Assembly (NCBI GenBank): GCA_043228905.1
Contig: JBHGNT010000008.1
Location: 13,888,001 to 13,952,000 of the forward strand
Direction of reading: 5' to 3'
DNA: 64,000 nt
Origin: Azolla caroliniana
Taxonomy: Eukaryota > Plantae > Polypodiophyta
The notes beneath the pieces are model-generated. The model had not been told where the DNA came from. It saw nothing but the letters and a program-made list of their open reading frames with translations, and ran no database searches. The translations under genes and the position numbers were made by a program. Every line of letters starts with the position of its first letter. Within the stretch, counting starts at the first letter, position 1. Positions 37,088 through 51,100 of the stretch are shown piece after piece.

Positions 37088-39853
37088 CTATGGTGTCGGT
37101 GCTTCCTCACCGCTTCGTCCGGGTTCTTCCTGTTCTCCCTCTGTTCCAGGCTCTGTTCTGTTACCAGTGTCGCTTTCTCCGGTCTCGACTGGTCGGCTCA
37201 GTACGCCTTCTTCCTCTGCTCTGGTGTCTTCCGGTCTCAGCTCTTCTTCTTCTCCGGCATCGGTCTGCTCCTGCTCTTCTTGATTTCCTTCGAACGGAAG
37301 TTCTTCTTCGGGTATTCCTTGTCGGGGTTGTTCGGTGTCGGTTGGTTCAACTTCAGCCGGTCGCTCTCCCTCACTTATAGTGATTGGCGTCGTTCTTCCC
37401 TTGGCTTCCTGTCGTAACCGGTCCTGCTCGTATTTCTCCAACTCCAACTGAGTTGCGAGCTGCCCGTCATCCAACCTCTCTACCAACGCTCGGATTTCTT
37501 TGAGATGTTCTTCCGCTAAAGCGTAGAAATCCTCCGACAATTCTTCCTGAATGGAGACGATACTTTCTTCATCCATCTTGTAGAACTTGTCACCGGTCTT
37601 CCTCCGATTCTCGGCATCCGCTCGGAGTGTCTGCAACTCGGCTGCCTGTTGTGACCACTCCTTCCATAGCTTTTTCGTACTTTCGTTGATGCTTGCCTGA
37701 GCTCGGGTACTCCAACCTGACATGATGAGCTTGATCCGGTCAACCCCCGCCTTAGCATGCGTATAAGCTTCTTGCTTTTCCTTCCTTGCTCGTTTTATAA
37801 TGTCGGCCATTATCTGGGCCTGGGCCTCGTAATCCGCTTTCTGCTTTTCATAGGTACTTTGCAGTTTGCTGATCGTGAAGGTCGATCTTTCCTTTTCTTC
37901 ATTCCTGATCTTAGTCAGATCCAGCTTTTCCTGCCTTAGCGCCTCTAATTCCTTCCTTCTCTCCGTCGCTTGGGCTATTTCCGCCGACAATGCTTCCTTT
38001 TTGGCACTGACCTCATCCATTGCCTTAGCCAATCGGGTTTCTTTGAGCTGTTCTTTCAGCTTCTCTATTTGCCGGTCGTAGTTTGCTGTCCGTTTCTTGT
38101 TGTCCGACTCAACCTGCTTGTGATCTCGGTAGAGACGGTCGAAGTCCTCCGTCTTTTGCTTCAGGCGTCAGTTTGCCTGAGCTCTTAACCGGTCGTCCCG
38201 GTCCTTCTGTTGTCGGAGTTCTTCCTGCAGTCGTTCTATCTCCTGCTCGGCATGTCGACGCAGTCGGTCCTTCTCCTTTTGCAGCTTCTCTTTTTCTTCT
38301 TGCAGTCGGTCATTAGTGGCTCAGCCTTTCCGGAGGCCTTCTTCCATTTTTCGTTTGTCGTCCTCCACCGCTTTCCGCTGCTCCCTTTCTCTTTCCCTTA
38401 ATGCCTCCTGAGCTTTTAACTCCTCTCGTAAGGTTTCTATTATTTTTTCGGTCTCAGGGCCGGTTTGCAAGGCTACCGATTCCGGTTCCGGTTCTGGTTG
38501 CTTCCTTGTTGTCCCGAACGGCTCGGTGACAACTTGTGCTTGTTGAATTCCTTCCCTTGCCTGCAATAGCTCCCCTTGCATTTCCTCGATCTGTGTTCGG
38601 AGCGCGACCAACTCCTGAGTTGTTGTATGCGTCAGCTATTGCCTACACGTTTCTTCTTCCTCTAACTGGTCTGCTACTCCCGATAACTGCTCTGAAAGCC
38701 ATCTCAGCCATTGTGGCTTTGTGCTTCCTGTGTCGGGGTGGCCTTGCTCACTTCTACTCCTTAATTCAGGCTGTTTTTCCGGCCTTTTCTCTGGCTCCGG
38801 TGCTTGTTCATTCTTCTTCTCTGGGATGACCGGTTCTCTGAAGTCCGGCACAACCGGTGTCGGTGCTGCTTCCCTCGGTACGGGTTCCGGTACTGCTTCC
38901 GCCTCGGCTCCTAGAGGTGGTCCTTGCGCCCTCTGCTGAGTTTTGTCAACTGGTGGAGCCGGTCCTTTCGCCCGTCTCTCCCGACCTTGTCTTGCTGGGA
39001 GTCTTACCAGTGGTTCGGATGAGTCTTCTGTTTCAGCTTCCTCCTCCGGTGCGGCTACCAGACGGACCTTTTGTATAAAGACCTCTGGTTCCGGTTCCGG
39101 CCGTCGCAGCTTTATATTGATTGGTTTGAGCGCTACCGGTTCCTCCTCGGCTGATTTCCCTTTGCCTTTTTCTGCCGGTTTTGCCTTTGTTGCCGGTTCC
39201 TGTTGCTGTCGGGATGGCCCTTCCCCCCGCTGTTCTGCTTCTTGCTGGGTCCATCCGGGGGTGTGTTTCTCCAGGATCTGTCGGCGCTTTGTGACCTTTT
39301 TCGGCGTCGTCTCCTACCGACCTCTTTTCTTTTGTGTGATGGGGAGCACCGGTGGGACTAACACCGTTAGCCATTGTGCTATCCCGGCCCATGGCTTTTT
39401 TCCTTCCACAAGATTCTTGATGGCCTCCTTCAATCCTTCAGTTATGAAATGGAGCCAGTCCACTTGTAATCCTTCGTACGCTGCAATTAAGAACGATGCC
39501 CGGTACCTGGCTATGGCCGGGGGACGAGGATTCACGAATCCGTATTCCATCATGGCGCGGGCCACTTCTCCGAACAGCAGGTTCTCTCCGCCCTGTGTTC
39601 GGTACGCCTTGCTGCTGATAGAATACTCACCGAAATATTCGAACAGGATTTCACTTGAAGGGTTTTCGATTGTTTGAAGCCCTCCTGCTTTTATCCCTGT
39701 GAGCGCCTGCACCGCTCCTTCCGTGATTTCTGATAAATCAATCGATGTTGCCGCCTGCTCTGGTTCTGCGTGTGGTGGAGCGTCGGCGATCCGCAGCAAT
39801 CCTTTTAACCCGTTCTCCCTCATCCATTGGCGTGCCTCCTCCGACAGTACCAT
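37088..39853 (-). pseudogene. Extra ORF (~920 codons): globular N-terminus, low-complexity linker, long coiled coil, acidic tail
   Basis: ORF pieces 39314-40117, 38636-38851, 38321-38611 and 37088-38032 share one frame and are separated by stops; likely start is ATG 39853 (MVLSEEAR). Confidence 0.75.
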
Positions 39854-40275
39854 TGTTTCGAATTCTTCTTCTGTTGTCTGTTGTTCGGGATCGGGCTGTG
39901 TGTGCGTTGTGCGTCGGATTGCTCTTCTGTGCTTCTGCGCCTGTGTGTAGGAAAATTCGTAAAAAGTAAGTCCTTCGCAGGCCTGTGTCTTATATAGTGG
40001 CTTTTGCCTCGAGCCGCCCTCTTTCGTTTCCCGCGCATGTTCATCTCCCGCCATAATTAGTATGTCCTTTCTTGCTTGCCGCATGTGAGTGCCCACGTTC
40101 CCTGTTTTAAATAGCAAGTACGCGCACGTCCTTCTTTACTGCATGGCGCCTCTTCATTGCATGGTGGCGCTCCCACCTCTTGTGATCTCCCCATCACTAC
40201 TATGATTCGCGTCGATTTTGCCCACGTCATTTTTTTTTTTTTTTTTTTTTTTTTTCTTTCTTTCTTTGGACCACG

Positions 40276-43200
40276 TCATTTTCTGGTCCCCCCTGATTTG
40301 TTCGGGTCGGTTCGCGTTGATACCGGATCCTTCTGTCGGTTTTCCGGGATGGTCTTTGTAAGTATCGGTGTCAGTTCTTCCTCGGTCCGAATATCTTCAG
40401 CAGCGTCTGTCGGTGTCGGTTCCTCATCTTGCCGGATTTCCGGGTTTTGCTTGAACGGGTTGGCTGGCATATTTCCCTTATACGGCTTTAGCCGAAACCC
40501 ATTTGCCCACTTACCGATGACATCTCCAGACAACGTGCCGAGCTGATACGACCCATTGTACTCCTTGGTGATCCAGAACGGTCCGGTCCACCGAAACCGC
40601 AACTTTCCCGGCATGTTCCCCATCCGTGTCTGGAATAGTAGCACCGGTTTCCCGACTTCGAACTCCTTTTCGTTGCCACGCCGGTGTCGGTCCACGAAAG
40701 CTTTTCTCCTCCTTTGCTCCAGTTCGAGTTGTAGTAAGCTGGCTATTCGGTTTTCTTCTAATTCCAACAACGTCGCCAGCCGGATTCATTCGGACTCCTT
40801 CTCACTTAAGCGCTCCTTTACCTGGATCCGTAAGCTGGGGATCTGGAACTCTACCGGCATGACCGCTTCTAAACCGAATGCTAGTCGAAACGGGGTTGTC
40901 CGGATGCTGGTTTTGTACGTTGTTCGGTACGCCCATAGCGCGCTTTGCAATTTCGTATCCCAGTCGGTCCGGTTCTCGTTGACGATTTTTCGTAAGATGT
41001 TCTGCAGAGTTTTATTCGTTGATTCCGCTAGTCCATTGGCTTGAGGGTAGTAGGGAGTACTCCTTTTATGTACCACCGCGTAAAATGACGTCAGGCTTTC
41101 TACTACCTGCCCGAGAAAATGTCCTCCTTGGTCACTTATAAGCTCGATCGAGCATCCATACCGGCACCATATGCACTCGTACAGGAACTTTGCCGTGGAC
41201 ACGGCCGTGTTGTCCCGTAAGGCCTTTGCTTCTGCCCATTTGGTGCAATAGTCGGTCGACACTATGACATACCGATTTCCGGTTCGCATTGCCGGTGGCT
41301 TGAAGGGACCGACAAAGTCCAAACCCCACTTTTGAAACAGTTCCAATGGCAAGACCGGGTGGTGTGGCATCTGGGCCTGCTCCATGGGTTGGCCCAGTCG
41401 TTGACACAAATCGCATTCTCTGCTATACTTCACGGCATCTTTTAGGGTGGTGGGCCACCACATTCCGCTCTGCCATATTTTCCGAGCGGTTGCGTCGCCG
41501 GCATAATGCCCGCCGGCAATTCCACAGTGGGCTTCCCTGAGGATTAAATCCTTCTCATCGCTCCGCACTACTCGTCTCCAGATGCCATCTGCCCCCTTGT
41601 GATAGAGGGTGTCTCCAACCAAGCAGAAATGTCTGCTTCTTACTGCTACCCTTTTCCTTTCATCGCGATCCATGTTCTCCGGGGGTACTCCGATGCTTAG
41701 GAACTGATGCATCTCAGTTAGCCACTTGTCTTCATCGGTTACCGTTGCATCCGTTGCCGGTTTCGTCGTGATCTAGAACAACTCGGCGTCGGGGAACTCA
41801 TCCTGGACGCCGTCCCCTGCTTCTCCGGATTCGAGTCTGCTTAGGTAGTCCACTACCGCATGCTGCGCCCCAGGTCGGTGGAAAATGTCGAATTCAAATT
41901 CCTGTAACAGCAATGTCCATCGTGCAATTTTTCCCGTCAGGGATGCCTTCGAGACCAGGTAGAGTAGTGCCGAATGGTCGACATGGAAGGAAAACTTCCT
42001 TCCGAGCAGATAGTGCCTATACTTTGTGACACTATACACCATTCCCAATGCCTCGCGTTCCATCGTAGAGTAATTCCGTTCGGCTTTTGAGAGTTTCTGG
42101 CTTGCGTAGTACACCGGTCGGTACCATTTCGGCTCCGTGAGTTGCATCAGAACGCTGCCGATTGCTACGTCCGACGCGTCGACGAAGACGTGAAAGCTTT
42201 TACTCCAATCCGGCGGTTGTACCACCGGAGCTTGCGACAGCATAACCTTCAACGCTTGGTAGGCTTCCTCCTCCGTCACCGCCCATAGGAAGGGTACCCT
42301 GTGTACGGCGGTATGTAATGGTGTAGCGAAGTCTGCGAGGTGCCGTATCATCCGGCTATGCCACCTTATTTGGCCCAGGAACCGGCTTAAAGCCTTTGCA
42401 TTATTTGGTGCTGGTGCCTCGAGAATCGCCTTGACTTTATCCGGATCTACTGCAATTCCTTCCTTACTCACCACGTGCCCTAGTAAATTGCCGCTTGCCA
42501 CTCCAAAGACGCACTTGGCCGGGTTCAGACTCAACCGGTACTCGCGGCACTTCTCCAAGCACAGCTGGAGGTGATCGAGATGCTCTCCGTGCCGGCTGTA
42601 GACCGCGAAATCGTCAAGGAAGACCTGCATAAAACCGGGGATATATTCTCCGAAAATTTCCATTATTATCCTTTGAAAGATCGCTGGAGCCGTCTTTAGT
42701 CCGAACATCATCACGACCGCGACGAACACTCCCCATTCCGTAACGAACGTTGTCTTCTCCTGGTCGGCCGGGTTCATTCGTATTTGGTTGTAGCCGCTAA
42801 ATCCATCCAGGAAGCTGTAAACTTCGTGGCCGGCTACCGCATCTAACACCCCGTCCGTAAATGGTAGTGGAAATGCATCGGTCACTGTTGCGGCATTTAG
42901 TTTTCGGTAGTCCACGCATACCCGGATTTTGCCGTTCTTTTTCGGGACCACCACTATCGGACTCAGCCAGGTTGCCTGCTTGACCGGTCGGATAAATCCG
43001 ACCCGGAGGAGCTTATCAATCTCCTCCTTCACCTTCGCCGCATAATTCGGATTCATCCGGTACCTACGTTGAGCGATCGGTTTTGCGTCCGTACTTAGGT
43101 GAATTTGGTGCTGATAGAGCTGGGGGTCCAGCCCTCGCATGTCTTCGTACGACCACGCGAACACATCCTTGAAGTCTGTTAATAATGCTATCATTGCCTT

Positions 43201-46146
43201 CTTTTCTTCCTTCGGCAATTCCTTTGCGACATTTACCGGTCGGGGCTTGTCTGTTGTGCCGAGGTCCACCTCCTCTAGTTGGGATGCTTTTACCCTCTAG
43301 GATATCGTCATTTCCCTCTCTAGGGATTCCTGCGCTTGTCGTAGTTCCCGGATCGCCGCTTGGTCCGGTTCGTCCGGTGTCGTAATGTATGGTTCTACTG
43401 CCGCCGTGATATCCACCTCAAATAGTGGGACGATTTGTGGATGTTCCTCGAGGTACCGCTCGACTTCCTCGTCCGGTAATCCCTCCAACATGTTGATGCT
43501 TTCCGCATACAATGGAGTTGCTTCCTTACTGGCGATTACCCGTGGTTGCGTCGTTACTCGTACCTTTGCTTTCCCTCGCCAGAATGTGATCATGTTCTTT
43601 TGCTTGATATGCGCCGTCCGTAGCCATGGTCGTCCTAGCAGTAGGGGGTACGCACCTTGTACATTCAGCTGCAGCACCACGGCCGATATCCGGAATACGT
43701 GGCCTCCAATCGTTACTTCCAAATCCCGGATAAGTCCAATCGGTCAGACTGAGCTAGTATCCGCCATGCGTAACCAGAAGGGGCATGGTTCCCATTCCCG
43801 GATGCCCAGGTTATCGCATGTCTGTCGGCTGATGACATTTACCCCAGAGCCTCCGTCAATAATCGTTCCAGCAATTTCCTTTCCTTTCACGATTGCCGTG
43901 ATCGCCGGGCTACTTGTATCGACCACCGCTGGTCCTTCCTCCAGGTTGGAGAAGAATGCCGGTGCTGGCGTTGGCTTCGGTTTTCTTACGGATGCCTGTA
44001 AGTCTGCCGTAAACCGTGGCACCAACTGTAGTAACCGTGCTAACGGCAGCACGATTTGACAATCCTGTAGCGCTTGCCACGTCGGGTTTTCTCCTGGCTG
44101 TATGATTTCTTCGTCTTTTGGCATATTTTGGTCTCTGACTTCTGCCGCATTCTGTTCATTGGCCTCCTTGATCCATTGCGCCGCTTGTTTTCTGATTGCC
44201 TCCTGGGCTTCCCACTCGGCGGGCTTTCCCTTTGACCGGGTTGTGACCTGCTGTACTTCTATTATTTCGGCTGTAACCATGTTGACTGCCGGCTGCTTGT
44301 CATTGGTTTTGCTTGGGCATTGGTTACTATAATGGCCTTCCTTACGGCAGTAATAACAGTACACCTTGTGACTGTTGCTCGTTTCTCCTTTGTCCCCGGT
44401 TTGGAGGGTGGGTATGCTTCGGCGGTCGTCTTCGGTTTTTCGGTTATCCGGTACCGATACCGGGTTGTCATTCCTCGCTGCCTCCCGACGTTCCTCTCTT
44501 CGGAAAAATCCACGTTTCTGATTCCGTCGGAAATTTCGGTTCCCTTGTCGCCTCTCTTCTCTGCGTCGTTCGTATTCCGGGGATTCGTCTCGGTCGTACC
44601 GGTCCCGGGGGTAGCTATCTCTGCGTTTCTCCTCTCGGTCATAGTTATCGCGTCTTCTATCAGCGTATCTGTTACCGCGTTCGCGTTGGTAGCGGTCGTC
44701 TCTCCGGAATCGATCCTCATCCGGGTTCTGATTGCGCGGTTCTATGTGTCGAACCGGTGCTGCCTGTCGATTTAATAGGTTATATTCGCATCAGTCCGTT
44801 GTATGGGCTCAAGAGTTGCAGATCATACATTGTGTCCGCAGGGTGCAGTCTACTGTTGAGTGGCCCGAATTTAGGCATGTTGTGCATTGTAAGGCCTGTC
44901 GGAACCTCAGGTCTTCCTCCTTTGGGAGTGCCCGGTGTAACATCCCCATCGACAAGAAGGAACTAGTCTTGTCCATTTCTAAGACCCGATCAATAACTTG
45001 GTCCATTGTGCTGGTGTGGAAATCAAGGACTCCGCACATTGTTCGAAGTGGCTCTTTCAGCGCGGCCAAAAAGACTGCTTTGGCTTCGTCTTCGGGTGGT
45101 GCTCTCGTCAGTTGGCTATGCAGGGTCTGAAACCGAATGATGAATTGTGGCACATTCTCGTTCTCTTCCTGTCGGGTGGTGTAGAACTGCCCGACCAATT
45201 CCCTTTGCTCAACTTGTCTGTGAAAAAGCCTGAGGAATCTGGCCTTCAAGGCATCGAATGTGGCAAAGCTGCCCGGTAAGTGCTTTGCGTGCCATCGGGC
45301 CGCCGGTCCTTCTAAGGTCATGCCGAATTCGGCGACTTTGGATCGTTCGGCTTCGGGCTCCGTCAGTCTTTGGGAGACATGGTTGGCTTCCCATGTTTGG
45401 AGGAATGCGTACACGTGTGCCTCCGCGTCGGGCTCATCCCGGTACTTTGGGTATAGGTACGGCATCGTGTCGTCCAACTGACTCTCCTGCCTTCTCCGCT
45501 CTCTGTCCGCTGTTGGCGTCGGTGTGAGAACCTTTGGTTCCTCCGCGGTTGGTGCCGGTATCCGCTCCTTCAGTTCCTCCGCGGGTGTTGCCGGTGTCCG
45601 GTCCTTTGGTTCCTCCGCGGGTGTTGTCGGTATCCGCTCCTTCGGTTCCTTCGCGGGTGTTGTTGGTATCCGCTCCTTCGGTTCCTTCGCGGGTGTTGTC
45701 GGTATCCGGTCAACCTCCCTCGGCAATTGCCGGTCACCGAATTCCAAGGTTATTTCTTCCTCTGGCTCCGGTGTTACTGAGTCTTCCGACCCCTCTTCCC
45801 CCGGGTCGTTTGGTGTGTCGTGGCTGCTTTTATACCGGGACGCAACGCTTCCGTCGCTTTCCGACTCCGCCTCAAGTGTTGTGAATGCTTCCGAGTCCCC
45901 GTCGCCCCCGGCGAGCGTCTGTAGTATCGTTTCCGCCTCTTTCAGGCTTGTTATGCTACTGCCTTCGTCGGGGATTTGCAGAACCCGGAACTGCAGTGCT
46001 TCTTCTGCGACTCTCCGAAGAGTTTTGGAGAATGACCGATCCCGCCGGATCTCGTCGACGGCTTGCTACAGGGCTTCCCGTCGTTGCTCGCGTTCGGTGT
46101 ATCGTCTCCCTCGTTCGGTGATGTGGTCGTCGTTTGGTCTAGACAT
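40276..46146 (-). pseudogene. Single-frame gag-pol with several premature stops
   Basis: ORFs ending at 45747, 44364, 43722, 43269, 41712 and 40770 share one frame; retrotransposon gag, three CCHC-type knuckles, IIDGGSGVN (PR), FLDDF (RT), FVDAS (RH), HHCC plus DDE (INT), WTGPF; no chromodomain. Confidence 0.93.
45525..45710 (-). repeat. 36-bp tandem repeat (x5) in gag encoding RIPTTPAxEPKE
   Basis: Visible in both the DNA and ORF 44809-45747. Confidence 0.9.
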
Positions 46147-48108
46147 CCATCCCCCGGTTGTCCTCTGCACTTTGCAGGAATCGTGGTCGCCAAAATAGTG
46201 TTGTCTGCTTGGCCGGACTAGCCTCAACACAGGTGTCTATCCGACACTTCTCCAAAGGGGTGGTAAGGATTGGATGCTAGGTTACACGCGTAAGATTATT
46301 ACAATTAAGAACAGACGGTAAAACAATACAGAGATACAGATAAACACGCAATAATTCTATTTGTATTACTTCCGTCCAACCCTTTACAAATCATCGGATC
46401 CTTTTATAGGCATCCGGCAAGGTTACAATCGGTGCGCTTAGGCAACCGACATCCGAATCGGTCCGGATCCGGATCGGTACAACTGTACCGGATCCGTCCC
46501 TCCGAATAATAATTCTACTATCATTTACTTCCTATTATCCGATCCGACTCCACCTTCCCACTTGTCCTTGCTCTTCTGACCGGCCAACAACAGTTTCAAG
46601 TTGGTTTCGACTTTAAGACCTTTTGCATACATTGCCGACTTTACCTTGTTTGATTCGAGAATATACATTTTTCCTTCTCAGCGACCGAGAGCGATGAGGC
46701 GACCATCTTTTTCGATGAAGCACCCTTCATCATTGAACCTCACTTACATCCCTTGTTCGACAATCTGGCCTACCGAGACTAGGTTTTTTAGTGATGGTTG
46801 GGACATGCAAGACATTTTTGAGGTAGGTTTGTTTGTCTTCGTTCCCGAATGGGACGTTTCCAATGTGTCGTATTGAATGAATTGTCTCATCACCTATTTT
46901 GACATAACCGGGCCGATCGGGCTTTCATAATTCTCGGAACCAATCTTCATGAGACGTCATATGATTGGACACTCCCAAGTCAACAAACCACACATTATCC
47001 AAGGTTGAGGTACTTGTCTCACCTTGTGTCGACATCGAATGTGCTTTGGGCCTCATCATAAACATTCTGCCACGGTCATCATAGTCGAAATTTGAGGTGT
47101 AATTTGTAAGTTGTCGGTTGGTCGACACCAACTCTCGCTTCTTCTTTCAGCACTCCTCTTTGTAGTGGCCGAGTTTTCCACAGTACCCGCATTTGATCGA
47201 GTTGTTGTGATGGCTCAGTCTGGCAGGATGGCTCCCCCTTCTGCCGAACTCCCTGGAATTGTTCCTATCGTCTTGCCATTGGTGGGAGCTGTGTTCTCAG
47301 GTCGACTGACCTTGTCGCCCTCGGCCGAATCGACCTCTATTTCCTCGTTCGAATCCTCTTCTATCATCCGATTGTGAGTAAAGCATCTGACGATCCGGTG
47401 CATTGCTCCTTTGTCAGGCATGGTTTTCTTCCACCAATAATATGGATTGAAGGTCGAAAAAGGAAGGTGGGTTCTCCCTTGCAAGAATGGCCTACCTGAT
47501 TGCGCCAAAGCGTAGTGCTAAGATGTCGAGGCATATTTGCACCATTTCATCATCGTCAATGGTGACATTGATCAATCCGAGGGCATCACACAGCTACTTG
47601 ATTTTCAAGGTATAGTTGGTGATCGACATATCCCTCTTTTGCATGTTGTTTGGCTCCTGTCGAAGTTGGAGCTTTCGTGCAGCCGTATTGGCCGAAAAAA
47701 TCTTCTTTAGATTTCCCCAAGCTTCTTTCGGTGTTTTCGAATCTCGAATATAGCCAAGCATGTGGTCATGAACGCATGATGCAAGGCAGTATAACACATG
47801 GCTCACGGCCTGCTCCCATGTTGGGTAGTCGGCATGTGTCGGGATGGGTTGCGTTTCGTGAGCTCCATCGATGTAGCTCTGGTAACCTTGTCCGACAAGG
47901 TACTGATGCATCTTGTACTCCCAAGATGCGAAGTTTGTCCTGTCGAGCTTCTCCATAGGAAGAGCGCTTCCCATTTGAGTATTCATGATGATTTCTTCTC
48001 TATTTTAGAACCGGTTTTGTTGTTCGTCGGTGTGTAGCACAACACAGTCGATTAAGCTTGATCAAATAACCACACGTTGTGATACCATGTAAAGAATGAG
48101 AGGCATAG

Positions 48109-51100
48109 TGTTACCCCGTACAAGATGTACGGAGAGTCAGTGTGATGAGCGAGGGTCGAATGTTATCATGATGTTGTTGTGTATGTGTAGGGGACATAAA
48201 TGTAATTGTGAGTCTATACGTATGTGAACACATGCACACGTGTGTGCATGCGGATAGATACATAGGGGTGTAAGCCCCCTCGAGCATTCATACTGGACAC
48301 TCACTCACACCCTCAAGTTTTTTAAATCTCACAAATGCCCCTCTCTTCTCTTTTTTCCTCTCTCTTGTTTTTCGATTTCATCTATAATTTCACTTTTACT
48401 TTTAGGTCATTTTTTCCATTTTTCTGTTTGTCTTCTTCTCATTTTCTTACATTTTTTTTTTTCCCCCCTTACATTTTGCGTCTTCTCTAGTCTTCTACTC
48501 TTGCGTGCTTCCTTCTTCTTGGTGTTAACTGTTGCATCTTCTGTTCTTCTTGTCTTTCATTTCCTTTTCTCTGTTCTTCCACTGCTAATGGTGCTTCTCT
48601 TTCCTCTTTGTTTCATCGTTTCTCTTCTTTCTTTCTTTGCGAGTTCTTCTTGTTTGATGTCTTCTGCAAATCTTCTCTCTTTCTTCCTTTGTTTCTTCCA
48701 CTTCTTCCTGTTCTATTTTGGTGTTTCAGGGTAGGGAGGAAACATGACCGTCACTCTCCCTTTGCTTGCACGTCATCTCCTTCTTTGTGTTGCCGCCGTC
48801 ATTTCCGTTGCCCAACCGTGGTTGTCCGTCTCTTTCCGGTCCTTACACCTGCTACCGCATCATCCTGCCGCCTCCAATCGTTGATGTTCGGCCCGTCCGT
48901 TCTCGGCTGTTTGTCTGTGTCTCCAACTCCGTCTGGTCAGTCAGTCAGATTCAGCCGTTATTGTCTGTCCGGCCCGTCGTTTCAACGTCATCGTCGTTCT
49001 AGCTGTCGGTTCTCCGGCCATTCTTGTCGCTTTTCGGCGGTGTCGCTGTTCTGGTTGTTGTCCAGTCGCTTCTCGGGCCGCTCCGATTGCTCATGTCCGG
49101 TCACTCTCCGGCCTATCCGACCGCTCGAATTGTTGTTCGTCGTTGTCATCGTCTCCTTCGCTTTTCGGCGGCTCTGTCCTCATCGACGGCACCGTCGCTT
49201 TTCGGTGTCCATGTCCCATCATTTGGTTGTTGCCATTGTCGTGGCTGTGCATTTCGGATATCGTCTCTGTCGCTCTTCGGCTCTATCCGGCCGTCATCCC
49301 ACTGTCTTCCAATCGTGTGTCTGGTCTGTCCGTCTGTGTGGTCGCTTATTCGGCCCATTTGACCCATCCTACTGTGTCTTGTGTCTTTTTGGTCGCCTTT
49401 GTCTAGTGCATCTGTCCGTATCTTTCGAGCGCTATTGGTTGATGTCTGGTTTGCATCTGCATCCCCTCCGTCTTCTTCGGCCCTTCGGTGTTAACCGGCT
49501 CCGGTTCTGGTTCCGATTCCGGTTCCGACTCTCTCTGTGTTGCTACTTTTAGAACCACCTCTCGTGCATTCTCAGCACATCCTGCCGGTCTCCGCTCCAC
49601 ACACTACGACTTTCTTTGCAGTCTCCTGGTGGGCTTCTCTTTCCGGTCGTGCTGGCACCGGTTCCCACTGCATCGCAGTTTGTACAGCCGTGCATCTTGC
49701 ACCACGCTTTCAAAAACACGCACATTGTCGCTAACCGCATCGGAAACCCGCACATTGACACTAATCTCAACCTCGCACAACCATTGTTGCCATTCATGCA
49801 TTCCTCCATCGCATCATCATTTCTTGCACTCGTACACAAATGTCATCGTTTCCATTTCTTCGCTTGCGCATACATTGAACATCGTCGTCGTCATTTGCAT
49901 GTTTCTGTCATTTCTCGCACATCATGCTGCCACGTTCTCTTCTTGGACTTCTTCATCAAAGGGGGTCCGCCGTTGTGGTCGCCAAAAGGTGTTGTAGGTT
50001 TTAGGGTTAGGGTTAAGGACGATGATGATGATGAATGATAACTATGATGATTGGTAATGAAGATAGACATGGTGATGGAGAGTATGATGGTGAGAGAGAT
50101 CATATAGAGAAGCATTGCGGGGTGGGGGGTGGTGCCTAGAATGGCCCCACCCCCCTCCCAAGGGGGTTCAACATGAGAGAGGGAGAGAGAAGAGAAAAGG
50201 TGTCAAAGAGAGAGAGATTAGAGAGAAAATGTTCATTCATATTTCATTCATTCCCCATAAGGGGTTAAATAGTACAAGAGGGGGTAGATACATAGGGGTG
50301 TAAGCCCCCTCGAGCATTCATACTGGACACTCACTCACACCTCCTTGTATCCATCCGCATGCACACACGTGTGCATGTGTTCACATACGTATAGACTCAC
50401 AATTACATTTATGTCCCCTACACGTACACAACAACATCATGATAACATTCGACCCTCGCTCATCACACTGACTCTCCGTACATCTCGTACGGGGTAACAC
50501 AATATGGCACGCCCGTGGGAGAGTGCCTTGCACGTCGATCCCACATGCCTTGATGATGATATTTCTTCGACCGGAACTTCCATCGGTCCTTTCAACGATC
50601 AACTCCCTCGATCGGAGTGCTTGACTCGAACATCTTTGTCGGTCAGCAAATCTTTCCGCGACACAACATTCTCGTTCTGTCGGCTTACGAACTTCGTCAT
50701 GGGTCTAAAATAACATTGTGTGTATGTGTGTTCTTCTTTCTATTTTGTGAGTTATCGTGATAGGGAGGAAACACGACCGTCACTCTCCCTTTGCTTGCAC
50801 GTCATCTCCTTCTTTGTGCTGCCGCCGTCATTTCCGTTGCCCAACCGTGGTTGTCCGTCTCTTTCCGGTCCTTACACCTGCTACCTCATCATCCTGCCGC
50901 TCCAATCGTTGATGTTCGGCCCGTCCGTTCTCGGCTGTTTGTCTGTGTCTCCAACTCCGTCCAGTCAGTCAGTCAGATTCGGCCGTTATTGTCTGTCCGG
51001 CCCGTCGTTTCAACGTCATCGTCGTTCTGGCCATCGGTTCTCCGGCCATTCTTGTCGCTTTTCGGCGGTGTCGCTGTTCTGGTTGTTGTCCAGTCGCTTC

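Larger units (their letters stand above)
36503..46589 (-). mobile_element. Full-length non-chromovirus Ty3/gypsy with an extra 3' ORF; 391-bp LTRs at 36503-36893 and 46199-46589
   Basis: ACAGT TSD; TGTTG...CAACA LTRs differing at about 7 positions by eye; TATA (CTATAAAAG) on the minus strand; PBS TGGCGACCAC at 46192-46183. Confidence 0.95.

Noticed and set aside
36914-46198. Plus-strand ORFs such as 38943-39677, 43385-44059 and 45524-46198
   Set aside because: Antisense shadows of the minus-strand gag-pol and extra ORF.
36503-46589. Element oriented on the plus strand because a PBS-like TGGCACGCCC follows the left LTR
   Set aside because: gag-pol, the extra ORF and the LTR TATA are all on the minus strand, which has its own PBS; the plus-strand site is treated as the anomalous motif.
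48608-50038. ORFs of 314, 169 and 140 aa
   Set aside because: Low-complexity Ser/Arg/Leu translations of a CT-rich non-coding internal region, with no domain motifs.
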